A stretch of DNA of 64,000 bases. Origin: Squalus acanthias. Its lineage: Eukaryota. Each line of letters opens with the position of its first letter. Position 1 is the first letter of the stretch. The translations under genes and the position numbers were made by a program. Location of the stretch: contig CM059432.1 of the NCBI GenBank assembly GCA_030390025.1, positions 45,944,001-46,008,000 on the forward strand, given 5' to 3'. The notes under the pieces were generated by a model, which saw nothing but the letters and a program-made list of their open reading frames with translations, was not told the origin of the DNA and made no database searches. Shown one piece after another: positions 1-14,202 of the stretch.

Positions 1-1031
1 ACGCCTTATCATCCGGTCGGGAATGGGCAAGTCGAGCGTTTTAACGCTATCATCTGGAATGCGGTACGTCTGGCTTTGAGATCTCGGGGCCTACCCAACC
101 AGCAATGGGAAGCAGTACTTCCAGACGCATTACACTCCACACGGTCCCTCCTTTCGACCGCCACAAATACGACGCCTCATGAACGGTTCTTCCGATTTCA
201 GCGTCGCTCATCCTATGGGCTATCTCTCCCGTCGTGGCTGACTGCACCGGGACCAGTGCTACTCCGAAGATATGTCCGGGCGTCTAAGAATGACCCCCTG
301 GTAGATGAGGTTGAGCTCACTGACGTCAACCCTACCTACGCCTATATTCGGTATCCTGACGGTCGGGAATCTACCGTGTCATTGCGGGATCTGGCTCCCT
401 GCCCGCCGAAACATAGAGGGACACCAGGGGATGACATTGTACCAGGCACATCTCTGGGCTCGCCAGGTGCCTCTCATCACGATCTGGATCTGACGCCGAC
501 TGGTACCTCACTCCAGCGTGCCGACCTGGGGCAGACTGACTATGAGCCCGTCGGGGCTCGCACGCACAGCCACGATCCACCCCGTACCATACGCTCGGAA
601 ACGGATCTGCCACAGCCCTGCCCGACACCCGTTCGGGCACCAGTACACAGTCAGGATCGTCCTGACCCCTCACAGAGCGGGCTCTTTCACTCGGACTCTG
701 GTCCACGGCCCGCGGCGGGTAAACGGGCTAGGGGCCCTCTACCGCTACGAGAACCCAAACGGGTGCGGCTCTCCCTCGTCCGGCGGCTACGAAATGGAGG
801 GAGCATCCCGGCCTCCTAATCTTTTGGGGGGGGAGAATGTGGTAACACAATACAGCTTCCTGTGACTCGAACTTTATTGCATCACTTCCTGTGATTAGTC
901 CAGGATAAATACTGGACTGAGCAGTTGGATCCTGGAGAGGCATAGAGTAAGACCTCTTTTGTATGTAGCACCTTTTTAGTTGATTAAAGCTTACTTTAAG
1001 TTCACCACGCGTAAGGCTCATTCTTACGACA
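1..1031 (+). mobile_element. 3' end of Ty3/Gypsy LTR retrotransposon (integrase C-terminus, PPT, 194-bp 3' LTR 838-1031)
   Basis: The frame running in from the window edge reads AYHPVGNGQVERFN...WEAVLPDALHSTRSLLSTATNTTPHERFF (integrase core end; listed ORF 76-819). G-rich PPT GGGGGGGGGAGAA, then an LTR bounded by TGTGGT...ACGACA. A near-identical inverted copy lies at 63411-64000. Confidence 0.85.
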
Positions 1032-1560
1032 ATTATTCCTTATCTCCACCCAAACTGTTTCATTATCCTGATCCTTTGACCCAAAATAATTTCTCTGTAA
1101 TACAGTGATTCCTTCCTTTATTAACATAGCTACCCCACCTCCTCTTCCTTCCTGTCTGTCCTTCCTGATTGTTAAATACCCTGGCATATTTAATTCCCAG
1201 TCGTTGTCACCCTGCAGCCATGTTTCTGTAATGGCCACAAGATCATACCCATACGTAGTTATTTGTACCGTCAATTCGTCTATTTTGTTACGAATGCTGC
1301 GTGCATTCAGATAAAGAACTTTTAAATATGTTTTGTGACAATTTATTCCTGCTTTTACCCCCTTTACTACTTTACCTTTATCTTTATATATTCTGTCCCT
1401 TCCTGACACGCTCTGGTTTTTAATTACCCCACTGCTACTTTGCTCTATTGCCTTCTCCGCTGACATTTTTATTTTTTGCTCTCTTGAAACCTCCCCCCCA
1501 CTAATTAGTTTAAAGCCTTCTCTACAGCCCTAGTTATTCGATTCGCCAGGACTCTGACTG
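1032..1560 (-). mobile_element. CR1 LINE fragment (APE endonuclease N-terminus)
   Basis: ORF 1002-1466: LYLNARSIRNK...DLVAITETWL...RKDRQEGRGGGVAMLIK, typical of a CR1 ORF2 endonuclease. It is cut off at the Gypsy LTR. Confidence 0.85.
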
Positions 1561-1689
1561 AATGAATAATGACTGAACAATCACTGAAACTCAGTAAGAC
1601 ACTTCTCAATGTGCACTCAGATCAGTCCAATAAGGGGCACTTTTTGAAAAAGAGATTTCACTGTATGACAACACATTACCAGAAACTTC

Positions 1690-2170
1690 ACATGGACATT
1701 GACTAAACCTTTCACGTGCCCACCCTTGTGTGTTGTTAGTTGGTATGCTTGCAGTGGAATGCGGGTGAGTGTGAAGGGTGGCTAGTGAGATGGGGAAGTG
1801 ATAAAGTAGATAGAGAGGGTTGGGTGGAGGTGTAAGGTAAGTTGGTGTCCTGGGGAGGTCTCTTCCACCCTTGGAAGGGAAGAGAACCTCCCTGCGTACT
1901 GTGACTCCCTTCATAAGCATATGGAGGGAGGCATTGGAGGGCACGGGTGCAAGAGTTCACCTTGGTGCAGTGAGTATCAGTGTTTTCAGCACCTCAATGC
2001 TGTCAAACACTGAAAAATCAACTGTCAAAATAAAATTGTGCATGGTCCCTGTAAGGAAACCGGCAGATGACGCATCATCAAATGACGTCATCAGACCCGC
2101 TTCCTGTTAGTTGGCCGGTAAGCCTGCAGGGTGGGCTTAACAAGGCCAATCAAGGGAAAATCACGTCTGC
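1690..2170 (-). mobile_element. Degenerate Harbinger-derived (Myb/SANT remnant) repeat fragment
   Basis: Reverse complement of sequence at ~13110-13800 (SLHMLMKGVTVRREVLFPS). Confidence 0.6.
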
Positions 2171-2249
2171 AGAGCGGAGGCAGCTGGGGTCGGGACTGGA
2201 ACCCAGAAACCAGCTGACCTTCCCCCCATCCTGACACCGCTTAGAAAAT

Positions 2250-3981
2250 CGCAGCCTTTGTGTCTGTCTTCACGGAAGAAGACGCAAAAAACTTCCCGGA
2301 AATAGTGGAGAACCAAGGGTCTAGCGAGCATGAGGAACTGAAAGAAATTAGTATTCGTAAAAAAATAGTACTGGAGAAATTAATGGGACTGAAAGCCGAT
2401 AAATCCCCTGGACCTGATGACCTACATCCTAGGGTTTTAAAAGAGGTGGCTATAAAGATAGTGGATGCATTGGTTGTCATTTTCCAAAATTCCATAGATT
2501 CTAGAATGGTTCCTGCGCATTGGAAGGTAGAAAATGTAACCCCACTATTTAAGAAAGGAGGGAGTGAGAAAACGGGGAACTACAGACCAGTGAGCCTGAC
2601 ATCAGTAGCAGAGAAAATGCTGGAATCTATTATTAAGGACATGGTAACAGGGCACTTAGAAAATAATAATAGGATTGGGCAGAGTCAACACGAATTTATG
2701 AAAGGGATATTGTGTTCGACTAATCTGTTAGAGTTTTTTGAGGTTGTAACTAACAGAATAGATAAGGGGGAACCAGTGAAAGTGGTGTATTTGGATTTTC
2801 AGAAGGCATTCGATAAGGTGCCACACAAGAGGTTATTAAACAAAATTAGGGCTCATGGGATTGGGGGTAATATACCAGCATGGATTGAAGATTGGTTAAC
2901 GGACAGAAAACAGAGAGTAGGAATAAACGGGTCATTTTCAGGTTGGCAGGCTGTACCTAGTGTGGTACTGCAAGGATCAGTGCTTGGGCCTCAGCTATTC
3001 ACAATCTATTTCAATGATTTGGATGAGTGGACCAAATGTAGTATATCCAAGTTTGCTGATGATACAAAGCTGGGTGGGAATGTAAGTTGTGAGGAGGATG
3101 CAAAGAGGCTTCAAGGCAATATAGACAAACTAAGTGAGTGGGCAAGAACATGGCAAATGGAATATAATGTGAAGAAATGTGAAGTTAACCACTTTCGTAA
3201 GAAAAATAGAAAAGCAGAGTATTTTTTAAATGGTGAGAGATTGGGAAATGTTGGTGTTCAGAGGGACCTGGGTGTCCTTGTACATGAATCACTGAAAGTT
3301 AACATGCAGCTACAGCAAGCAATTAACAAAGCAAATGGTATGTTGGCCTTTATTACAAGAGGATTTGAGTATAAGAGTAAAGATATCTTACTGCAATTAT
3401 ATAGGGCCCTGGTGAGACCACACCTGGAGTATTGTGTACAGTTTTGGTCTCCTTACCTAAGGAAGGATATACTTGCCATAGAGGGAGTGCAATGAAGGTT
3501 CAACAGACTGATTCCTGGGATGGGGTGATTGTCCTATGAGGAGAGATTGAGTAGACTAGGCCTATATTCTCTGGAGTTTAGAAGAATGTGAGGTGATCTC
3601 TTTGTAACATACAAAATTCTTACAGGGCTTGACAGGGTAGATGCAGAGAAGATGTTTCCCTTGGCTGGGGAGTCTAGAACCAGGGGTCAGAGTCTCAGAA
3701 TAAGGGGTTGGCCATTTAGGACTGAGATGAGAAGAAATTTCTTCACTCAGAGGGTGGTGAATCTTTGGAATTCTCTACCCCAGAGGGTTGTGGAGGCTCA
3801 GTCGTTGAGTATATTGAAGACAGAAATCAATATATTTTTGGATATTAAAGGAATCAAGGGATATGGGGATAGTGCAGGAAAGTGGAGTTAAGGTAGAAGA
3901 TCAGCCATGATCTTATTGAGTGGCAGAGCAGGCTCGAGGGGCCAAATGGCCTACTCCTGCTCCTATTTCTTATGTTCTTAT
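2250..3981 (+). mobile_element. 5'-truncated CR1 LINE (RT domain, decayed)
   Basis: ORF 2260-3495 has KSPGPD, YLDFQKAFDKVPH, QGSVLGP and SKFADDTK. Stops follow downstream, and the 3' tail is CCTATTTCTTATGTTCTTATG. Confidence 0.95.
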
Positions 3982-4545
3982 GGACCATAGCCAAATTTAT
4001 TTTGACATTGTCGCTGTCAGTGTTCTCCAGCATTGAGGTGCTGCAAACACCGACAAACACTGCACAGAGGTGCCGGGCTGCACCCAGGCTCCCCCATGAC
4101 TCCCTCCATATGCTTATGGAGGGAGTCACAGCATGCAGGGAGGTTCTCTTCCCTTCCAATGGGCAGAAAAGACCTCCCTAGGAGATCAACACAGCCTGGT
4201 TGCACATTGCAGAGGGGGGCACAAGCAGGGTCCCCTCAATCTGTCCATGGTGAGGCCATCCCTGGCCTCCCGGGCAGCAATGTGGTCAGGTGCTGATGCC
4301 TTGTGTCTTGTGCAGCATCAGTTGATTGTGGATAAGGCTGGTGTTGTTGGTGCTGTTGGTGTGCCTGGTGCTGCTGGTATTGGGGCTGATCGTGGTGGGA
4401 TTCTGAGGACCAAGGTGAGAGAGTATAAAGGGCACCCATGCTGATGGAATAGATGGCAAATGAAGTAGAGATGACAGAAGCGATTTGTCAATGGTGAGAG
4501 AGGTAATGAGGTCAGACTGGATGGAGACGTGTGTAAAGACTTGCA
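3982..4545 (+). mobile_element. Harbinger-derived non-autonomous repeat fragment
   Basis: Similar to 13230-13460 and 17890-18170. Confidence 0.6.
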
Positions 4546-4548
4546 GGA

Positions 4549-7500
4549 ACGGTAGCATAGTGGTAATGTCACTGAGCTAGTATAAAGGCCTGGACTAATG
4601 ATTACAGGAGACGTGAGTTCAAATCCCACCACGGCAGCTAGGGAATTTAAAGTCAGTTAATTAAATAAATCTGGAATAAAAAGCTAGTATCAGTAATGGT
4701 AACCATGAAACTATCGGATTGTCGTAAAAACCCCATCTGGTTCACTAAGGTCCTTTAGGGAAGGAAATCTCCCATCCTTACCCGGTCTGGCCTATATGTG
4801 ACTCCAGACCCACAGCAATGTAGTTGACCCTTAACTGCCCTCTGAAATGGCCAAGCAAGCCACTCAGTTGTAAAAAATTTGCTACGAAACACAATAATAA
4901 GAATGAAACCAACGGACCACCCGGCATTGACCTCGGCACCGGCTACGGACACAGCAATGGCACACCCAGCCCAGTCAACCCTGCAAAGTCCTCCTCACCA
5001 ACATCTGGGAACTTGTGCCAAAATTGGGAGAGCTGTCGCACAGACTAGTCAATCGTCAGCAATAGTCATATTAACAGAATAATATCTTTCAGCCACCGTC
5101 CCAAATTCCTCCATCACCATCCCTGGGTATGTCCAGTCCCACCGGCAGGAGCGACCCACTAGAGGTGGTGGCACAGTGGTATATAGTTGGGAAAGAGTGG
5201 CCCTGGGAGCCCTCAACATTGACTCTGGACCCCATGAAGTCTCATGGCTTCAGGTGAAGCATGGGCAAGGAAACCTCCTGCTGATTGCCACCTACCGCCC
5301 TCCCTCAGCTGATGAATCAGTACTCCTCCACTTTCAACACCACTTGGAAGAAGCACTGAGAGTAGCAAGGGCACAGAATGTACTCTGGGTGGTGGACTTC
5401 AATGTCCATCACTAACAGTGGCTCAGTAGCACCACTACTGACCGAGCTGGCCGGGTCCTGAAGGACATAGCCGCCAGTCTGGGCCTGCGACAGGTGGTGA
5501 GAGAACCAACACAAGGGAAAAACCTACTTGACCTCGTCCTCACCAATCTGCCTGTCGCAAATGCATCTGTCCATGACAGTATTTGTAGCAGTGACCACCG
5601 CACAGTCCTTGTGGAGACAAAGTCCCGTCTTCACACTAAGGACACCCTCCATCGTGTTGTTTGGCACTACCACCGTGCTAAATGGAATAGATTCAGAGCA
5701 GATCTACCAGCTCAAAACTGGGCATCCATGAGGTGCTGTGGGCCATCAGCAGCAGCAGAATTGTATTCCACCACAATCTGTAACCTCCTGGCCTGGCATA
5801 TCCCTCACTCTACCATTACCATCAAGGCAGGGGACCAACCCTGATTCAATAAGGAGTGTAGAAGAGCATGCCAGGAGCAGCACCAGGCATACCTAAAAAT
5901 GAGGTGCCAACCCGGGGAAGCTGCAACACAGGACTACATGCATGCTATAGACAGGGCTAAGCGATCCCACAATCAATGGATCAGATCAAAGCTCTGCAGT
6001 CCTGCCACATCCAGTCGTGAATGGTGGTAGACCATGAAACAACTAACGGGAGGAGGAGGCTCCATGAATATCCACATCCTCAATGATGGTGGAGCCCAGC
6101 ACGTGAGTGCAAAAGACAAGGCTGAAGCGTTTGCATCCATCTTCAGCCAGAAGTGCCGAGTGGATGATCCATATCGGCCTACTCCTGAGGTTCCCACCAT
6201 CACAGAAGCCAGTCTTCAACCAATTCGATTCACTCCACGTGATATCAAGAAACAGCTGCGCGCACTGGATACAGGAAAGGCTATGGGCCCTGACAACATC
6301 CCAGCTGTCGTGCTGAAGACTTGTGCTCCAGAACTAGCTGTGCCTCTAGCCAAGCTGTTCCAGTACAGCTACAACACTGGCATCTATCTGACAATGTGGA
6401 ATACTGCCCAGGTATGTCCTGTCCACATAAAGCAGGACAAATCCAATCCAGCCAATTACCGCCCCATCAGTCTACTCTCAATCATCAGCAAAGTGATGGA
6501 AGGTGTCATCAACAGTGCTATCAAGCGGCACTTACTCACCAATAACCTGCTCACTGATGCCCAGTTTGGGTTCCGCCAAGACCACTTGGCTACCGAGCTC
6601 ATTGCAGCCTTGGTCCAAACATGGACAAAGGAGCTAAATTCTAGAGGTGAAGTGAGAGTGACTGCCCTTGACATCAAGGCAGCATTTGACCGAGTGTAGC
6701 ATCAAGGAGCCCTAGTAAAACTGAAGTCAATGGGAATGAGGGGGAAAACTCTCCACTGGCTGGAGTCATACCTAGCACAAAGGTAGATGGTTGTGGTTGT
6801 TGAAGGTCAATCATCACAGCCCCAGGACATCGCTGCAAGAGTTCCTCAGGGCAGTGTCCTAGGCCCAACCATCTTCAGCTGCTTCATCAATGACCTTCCC
6901 TCCAACATAAGTTCAGAAATGGGAATGTTTGCTGATGACTGCACAGTGTTCAGCGCCATTCACAACTCCTCAGATAATGAAGCAGTCCATGCCCACATGC
7001 AACAAGACCTGGAAGATGTTCAGGCTTGGGCTGATAAGTGGCAGGTAACATTCGCGCCACACAAGTGCCAGGCAATGAGTATCTCCAGCAAGCGAGAGTC
7101 TAACAACCTCCCCTTGACATTCAATGGCATTACCATCGCCAAATTCCCCACCATCAGCATCCTGGGGGTTACCATTGACCAGAAACTTAACTGGACCAGC
7201 CACATAAATACTGTGGCAACAAGAGTAGGTCAGAGGCTAGGTATTCTGTGGCGAGTGTCTCACCTCCTGACTCCCCAAAACCGTTCTACCATCTACAAGG
7301 CACAAGTAAGGAGTGTGATGGAATACTCTCCACTTGCCTGGATGTATGCAGCTCCAACAACACTCAAGAAGCTCGACACTATCCAGGACAAAGCAGCCCG
7401 CTTGATTGGCACCCCATCCACCACCTTAAACATTCACTCCCTCCACCACCGGCGTACCGTGGCTGCAGTGTGTACCATCTACAAGATGCAATGCAGCTAC

Positions 7501-7833
7501 TCGTCAAGGCTTCTTCCGCAGCACCTCCCAAACCCGCAAACTCTTCCACACAGCAGCAGGCACATGGGAACACCACCACTTCCAAGTTCCCCTCCAAGTC
7601 ACACACCATCGTGACTTTGAAGTATATCACCGATCCTTCATCGTTGCTGGGTCAAAATCCCTACCTGGGTCAAAACTCCCTACCTAACATCACTGTGGGA
7701 GTACCTTCACCACACGGACTGCAGCGGTTCAAGAAGGTGGCTCACCACCACCTTCTCAAGGGCAACTAGGGATGGGCAATAAATGCTGGCATTGCCAGCA
7801 ACGCCCACATCCCATAAACAAATAATAAAAAAA
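4549..7833 (+). mobile_element. Near full-length decayed LINE (CR1/L2-group, single EN+RT ORF) with tRNA-like 5' head
   Basis: The 5' end has A/B-box-like TAGCATAGTGG and GAGTTCAAATCCC. EN motifs (VILTE, TYRPPS, DFNVHH, LDLVLTN, SDH) and RT motifs (KAMGPDNIP, LDIKAAFDRV, PQGSVLGP, MFADD) follow, with several in-frame stops. A-rich 3' end. Confidence 0.85.
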
Positions 7834-10140
7834 TAGCATGGTAAATCTGTTGGTGAAATGCAGTGAGGAAGAGCTTGTGGCTGAGGGAAGATATCTCTGT
7901 AAGGTGGGAGCTTTTACTTTACATTTGAAGCTGTCAACTCAACAGCTGATTCAATGGCCACTGAACTCCCACCTCAGCTTAACAGACGTGATCCCCGAGC
8001 AGCGAGGACCCCGTGGGCGAGCACGTAAATTCCAAAGGTGAGCTCAAATGTGTTCCTAATCATTGCTAAACAAGGTCAGTATAACCTGAATTGCATCCCC
8101 CTCCGCTGTGTGTTGGGTTTGCTCAGCGCTGACAGACCCGACATCAGGGAAAGGCACGTGGCGGCAGGTTCACAGCAGGGTCCCGACCCACTGGGGGAAA
8201 AAAAAACACTTTCCCACCCGACCCGACACCGATCACGCCCACTGACCCCTCGGAAAATCCAGTCTGACTATGGCATGGCTTCTAATATTGGGAAAAGGTT
8301 TGCAATTCAAAATTATCGTCAATCTGGTAAAATTCCTTAGCCAACTAGTTATGGGAGTTATGGGAGTTTAACTTCACACATGAAAATGTATCATAGACAT
8401 CGGTCACCTTTCCTCTGAGGGCAGCTGAAATATGTCTACCAACTAATTACCAAGTTCTACACTAATCAAATTGCAAGCACTTCTCACAAGTTGAACTACC
8501 TTTCCTAGATATGATAGACTTAGTTTATCTACCGAACAGAACTATTCAGAAGTATATTATTCCTACATAATCTCCTTTACACTACTACCTGAAAACATAT
8601 ATAGGTTAGACTTCCTATGCTCTCTGAAAAAGATAAGCAAAGTTAAAAATGCATTTCATTCTGCCAGCATTCATCAGGTCACACAGCCACAAAGATATTG
8701 GTCTAGTAAATTGGATTTCTAGGTCAGTATTTTGAAGTGTATAGAACCTAATATTAATATTAATTGCCTCTAAAACTAACATTAACATATATAATTTACC
8801 CATAAAATTACCAGACCCAAGATCCAAAAATTTCAAGGTGTAGAATTCATTTATGCAAATCAGATTTTCCCCCAACAGATTTCCAAACTAAGCCTTTCAG
8901 CTGACAGTATATCCTCTCTGATGACTTCTTCCTTTAAAAGGCTGTTGTTGTACAACTTGACTGGCTTTGTCCCTTCTACGTTTGACATTTTCCTCAGATC
9001 CAAATTTACTGTAAGTTAACCCCAAGATCATCTTCCTCTCAGGACTGTAACTTGCCATCACAGAGTCTGATGCTCTGTCATTTACTCTGCTAGGCCTCAA
9101 TCTGTATGCTCTCCAAAACTGGAAAATGCTCACATCACATCAACTTGGGAATTCCATCAGCAATATGTTTTTTTTTTATAAAGCAAGTCTGTGGAATGTC
9201 TGGATCACATTTATCATTTGAATTTTATGATTATAATTAGAGAACACAGATGGTCGAAAGTAACAACTACATTAACTCAGAGAATAATTTTGTACATGAA
9301 ATATAGAAAGACACATTTTGGATCTTGATCTCTTGTTCCAGGACAGTGAAAGCTTTCAGTTCGCAATATGCCGATATGTGAATTTTCTGCACGTAGAACA
9401 GTACTACAGCCCACTAACTGCTCCCTCAGTGAAACTTAAAGCCATACTCCAAACAACGGTGATGAACAGTTCAGTGAGTAATCAATCAGCGTACAATCTA
9501 TAGAGACGATTTGTCAGGTGTTGACCTTTAGGCCCTTTAACAGAGGACTTTTTTGTGCAAGAAAAACAATTTACTAAACTCTGAAGGCACCAAAGATTCC
9601 TCTGACTAGCACTATGATACGCACTACTTATAAAGTTCAGTGAACTAATCAATGTAATTGTCACAGTTGAGCACATTAACAAGCAATCATTGAAATTCTT
9701 GAACTCTATAAGATAGGAACTTGATTGGAAATGTCAAACATTGGTCTCGAAAATCTGTGTTGCAGTTTGTGCCTGCTTCATCAGCAGGTCCTGCACAATC
9801 AGCAGGTCCTGCACAGCAAGGGGATGGGGGTGCAAAAGAAGAGGAAGAGGATGAAGGAAGGAAGTCCTTACTTGTTGAGAGATAATGATGGTAATAATGA
9901 TGACAATGATGATGATGATGACAAGGAGGATGATGATGACAGTCCTTACACCTCTGGTACTCCTGCCCCCTCTCTATCTATTACACCACCTTCAGCATCC
10001 ACCTTATTTGCCTCACGTACCAACTCAGAGCCTTTCAGTCAGGGGGATTAAGATAGTGGGCATGAGAATATTGCACTGGGGGGCTTACTGAGAATGAGAG
10101 AGCCAAAAGAACAAGGAGTGGATAAGGAGTGGATAAGGAG

Positions 10141-10268
10141 CATTGTGGGAGTACCTTCATCACAAGGTCTGCAGTGGTTCCACTGCCTTCTCAAGGTCAA
10201 CTAGGGATGGGCAATAAATGCTGGCCTTGCCAGCGATGCTCACATCCCATGAACAAATAAAAAACAAA
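10141..10268 (+). repeat. 3' tail fragment of the same LINE family as 4549-7833
   Basis: Matches 7690-7833 (GGGATGGGCAATAAATGCTGGC...CACATCCCAT). Confidence 0.8.
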
Positions 10269-10684
10269 CTTGGCTATTGCCTAGCAGAGGCTGTGGTGAT
10301 ATCTTCTCACAACTGAGCAGGTCACAGACCTGGATTTCATTGGTCCAACAGTGAAAAGAAGGATGCTCAAAGAACAACACAACTATGTACAGGCACTGAG
10401 GTCACTCTCCCAGAATGTGCAGCATATGACAGGAGTCTTGGTCCACTGCCCTCACATGCAGCAATATTAGGGAAGCTTATTCCTCATTGCAGAGATCATG
10501 AGAGAGGTTTTGCAAGGTCTGGTAAAGGTGACATGTTATTTTTGGTATTGGAGCCAGAAAGGCAGATGTTTATGTTTGGAATAATTGGAATTGGCAGGAA
10601 GGCTGGGGAATTTTGTGATCATATACCAAAAAGATACCACCTTAATCTGAGGAAAAAGTAATACTAATTATCTCCCAATGAAGT

Positions 10685-11150
10685 GTCAGCCATGGTTCAG
10701 TTGGTAGCACCCTTGCCTGTGAGTTAGAAGGTTGTGGGTTCAAGTCCCACTCCAGAGACTTGAGCATAAAAATCTAGGCTGACACGACAGTACAGTACTG
10801 AGGGAGTGCTGCACTGTCGGAGGTGCTGTCTTTTGGATGAGGCGTTAAACCGAGACCCCATCTGCTGTTACAGTAAAAGATCCTATGGCACTATTTTCAA
10901 AGAAGAGAAGGGAAGTTATCCCCGGCATCCTAGCCAATATTTATTCCTCAATCAACATCACTAAAACAGATTATCTGGCCATTACAAATTGCTGTTTGTG
11001 GGAGCTTGCTATGCGCAAATTGGCTGTCACGTTTCCTACATTACAACAGTGACTACACGTCAAAAAGTACTTCATTGGCTGTAAAGTGCTTTCGGACCTC
11101 CGGTGGTCGTGAAAGGCGCTATATAAATGCAAGTCCTTCTTTTCTTTCTT
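10685..11150 (+). mobile_element. tRNA-derived SINE (DeuSINE/SacSINE1-like, L2-type tail)
   Basis: A box TGGTTCAGTTGG, B box GGTTCAAGTCCC, a central body, and the tail GCGCTATATAAATGCAAGTC followed by (TTTC)n. The family name is from memory of similar SINEs. Confidence 0.75.
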
Positions 11151-11894
11151 AATGAATATTCCTGGCAGCTGATGTGGAAGAATAGTCTGAGTACTGAGCC
11201 TCCTGATGTTGAGCTCCAGGCTCCTCAGCATCTAGGCAAGCCTTCTTCTGCCATTCCACATCCAGTCCTTTCTCAATCATGAAGTTTGAAAGGCACAGCA
11301 AGTAACCACAATGTGTAGGACCTGCTTGGTAGCATACAGCAGCACCATATTGATCTGACATGGTAGCAAACCCTTGCCTTTAGAACTCATATTCCTCTTG
11401 GTGACCAGTCTGGTAGATATGTGGGCCTGTGTAGCGATGTTCTGCTCGTGGACCAGGCTGTCAAACTAGGGTCAAAAACCAAGACAGCTAGGGTTAGCTA
11501 GGGGGTGGAATTCCTTGTGATGTTCAGCAGATAACACCGTAGTTATGCCGTTAAAGCACTGGAAAAAATCGGGAAATTTGTGTTTTAGTGCATTACGCCA
11601 CTTATGCACTGTTATTGTACTAAGTGCAAATTTCCTTGATGTTTTTATCAGCGCAAATATAATGTCCATCAAAGCTCCTGAGGGCTCATTTCCATAGCTT
11701 CACTAATCAAATACATGGTGGTTTCTTCGGATACTTTAGACCCCAAAAAGCACTGCAGACAAGTGTCAGTGAAGAGTTGGTGAGCTCTAGTGGCCACGGC
11801 ATAATATGTGGCTGGTCCAGTTGTGTCTCAATTTGGTCTTTCAAAACTTTGTCTGTGATTGGTATGAGCTTTTTAATATTTGAACAAATTTGGG

Positions 11895-12593
11895 TTAATA
11901 GGTACATAGATCATTAAAACGGCATGAACAGGTACGGAAAATAATCAAAAAGACTAATGGAATGCTGGCCTTTATATCTAGAGGACTAGAATACAAGGGG
12001 GTAGAAGTTATTCTACAGCTATACAGAGCCCTGGTTAGACCACACCTGGAGTACTGCGAGCAGTTCTGGGCACCACACCTTAGGAAGGATATATTGGCCT
12101 TGGAGTGAGAGCAGCGTAGATTTACCAAAATTATATCTAGACTCCAGGGGTTAAATACGAGGAGCGATCACACAAAGTAGAGTTGTATTCCCTGGAATTT
12201 AGAAGGTTAAAGGGTGATTTGATTGATATTTTCAAGATATTAAGGGGAACAGATAGGGTAGATAGAGGGAAAAACTATTTCCGCTGTTTGGGGAGTCTAG
12301 GACTAGGGGACATAGTCTAAAAATTAGAGCCAGGCCTTTCAGGAGTGAAATTAGGAAACACTTCTACACACAAAGGGTGGTAGAAGTTTTGAACTCTCTT
12401 CCGCAAACGGCAATTGATGCTAGATCAATTGTTAATTTTAAATGTGAGATTGATAGACTTTTGATAACCAAAGGTATTAAGAGATGTGCTGCAAAGGCAG
12501 GTATATGGAGTTAGGTCGCAGATCAGCCATGATCTCACTGAATGGCGGAACAGGCTCAAGGGCAAAATGGCCTACTCCTGTTCTATGTTCCTA
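11895..12593 (+). mobile_element. CR1 LINE 3' fragment
   Basis: Encodes LQLYRALVRPHLEYC.QFWAPHLRKDI, followed by a CR1-type 3' UTR ending CTATGTTCCT. Confidence 0.9.
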
Positions 12594-14202
12594 ATAAAAT
12601 CACATGGCTTCAAATCACTGAATAGTGACATCTAAAAAGATAATAGTGTTTATGCAAGGAGTAAAATCTGCTATTTTCCTAGTTGTCATCTTGATAATAT
12701 AATGGAATATTATGTATGGAGTTCTATGCTCTGCTCTGCCCTTTTGTAGTACCATTAAAAACATTTGTGGTGACATTCATAATTGCAATGTTGCGTATTT
12801 AAAATGTGTTACCAAAACTCAGTTGTATACATAAAGGTTGATTTTAGGCCAAGAAAAACTATGCTTGCTAGTCATTTTGCCAAGACTACATATGTGCTAT
12901 GTTCCATTGCATGGAAAATATAGGTCATGCATTATAGGACAAGAACTTCAGAATGTATTAAAATCAAGCTAAAGTAATTTATGAATCAATTCAGACTGAT
13001 TCCCACACATAGGCCGTGATTTCGCCTGCCATGGCGAGTCCAGTGCGGCCGGTTCAGACAGCGGCCTCAAATTCCGCACCCGTCTTCATCCCGCCTCCTC
13101 CAAGTGATTTTCCCCTGATTGGGCTTGTTAAGGCCGCCATGCGAGGTTCCTGGCCAATTAAAAGGAAGTGGGTCTGATGACGCGTCATCTGATGACATGT
13201 CATCAGCCGGTTTCCTTAAAGGGGCCATGTCCACATTGATTTTGACAGTTGTGCTGTCAGTATTCTGAAGCCTTGAGGTGCTGCAAACACTGACAATCAC
13301 TGCACAAAGGTGCACGGCTGCACCCAGGCCCTCCCATGACTCCCTCCATATGCTTATGGAGGGAGTCACAGCGTGCAGGGAGGTTCTCTTCCTTTCCCAT
13401 GGGCAGAAGACACCTCCCCAGGAGACCAACGCAGCCTGGTTGCACATTGCACAGGAGGTCACAAGCAGGGATGTCTTCAGGAGAACCAGGCTGCAGTGGT
13501 GCAAACCTTTCAATTATCTCAGTAGATCACGAAACGTTACTGCAAAGCCACACTCAACCTCATCCTGCTGTCCCACTCATCACATCCCTATCACTCTGCC
13601 TTCCCTACCATACTCCTGCACATCTTTACTCACACCAACTTACCTTGCACCTCCACCCATCCCTCTCTATCTACATTATCACTTCCCCATCTCACTAGCT
13701 ACCCCTCACACTCTCCCTCATCCTACTGCAAGCATACCAACTAAGAGCACACAAGGGTAGGCACTTGGGTGGTTTAGCCAATGTTCATGTGAAGTTTATG
13801 TTAATGTGCTGTCAAACATTGAAATCTTTATTTTGAAGACTTTGGGGGGAAAATTAGGTCGCGCCCCGTTTGGGGCGCAAATATCGTCTGGACGCAAATA
13901 TTAGCACCTGGCGCTAATTATCGCCACTGACTGGAAACTTCACTTTTACCGCCCCGGGAGGTGAGTGGAGCGCTAAATCAGGCGCTGCACACCTGTCTTA
14001 AGGCGCAAAGGCCGAGCAGTGAGGCGCTAACTCAGCGCGCGAGCGCAGCGCAGGTGCTGCCAGTTAGCGAGGGAACACAGACACACTGGCGCCGGCCAGT
14101 TCTTAAAGCGGGGGGGGCCAACTTGCTCCCCAGCCACACCCTGCTCATTGCAGCCTTGAATCTCAGCCTGGAGAGACCTGTGAATCCATTTTGCTGCCAA
14201 GG

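Noticed and set aside
9725..10051. Asp-rich 108-aa ORF
   Set aside because: (GAT)n microsatellite within decayed repeat-like sequence; no domain recognisable.
10685..10760. Possible tRNA gene (also ~4550-4635)
   Set aside because: A/B boxes are present, but the sequence continues into a SINE/LINE body and no clean cloverleaf is evident.
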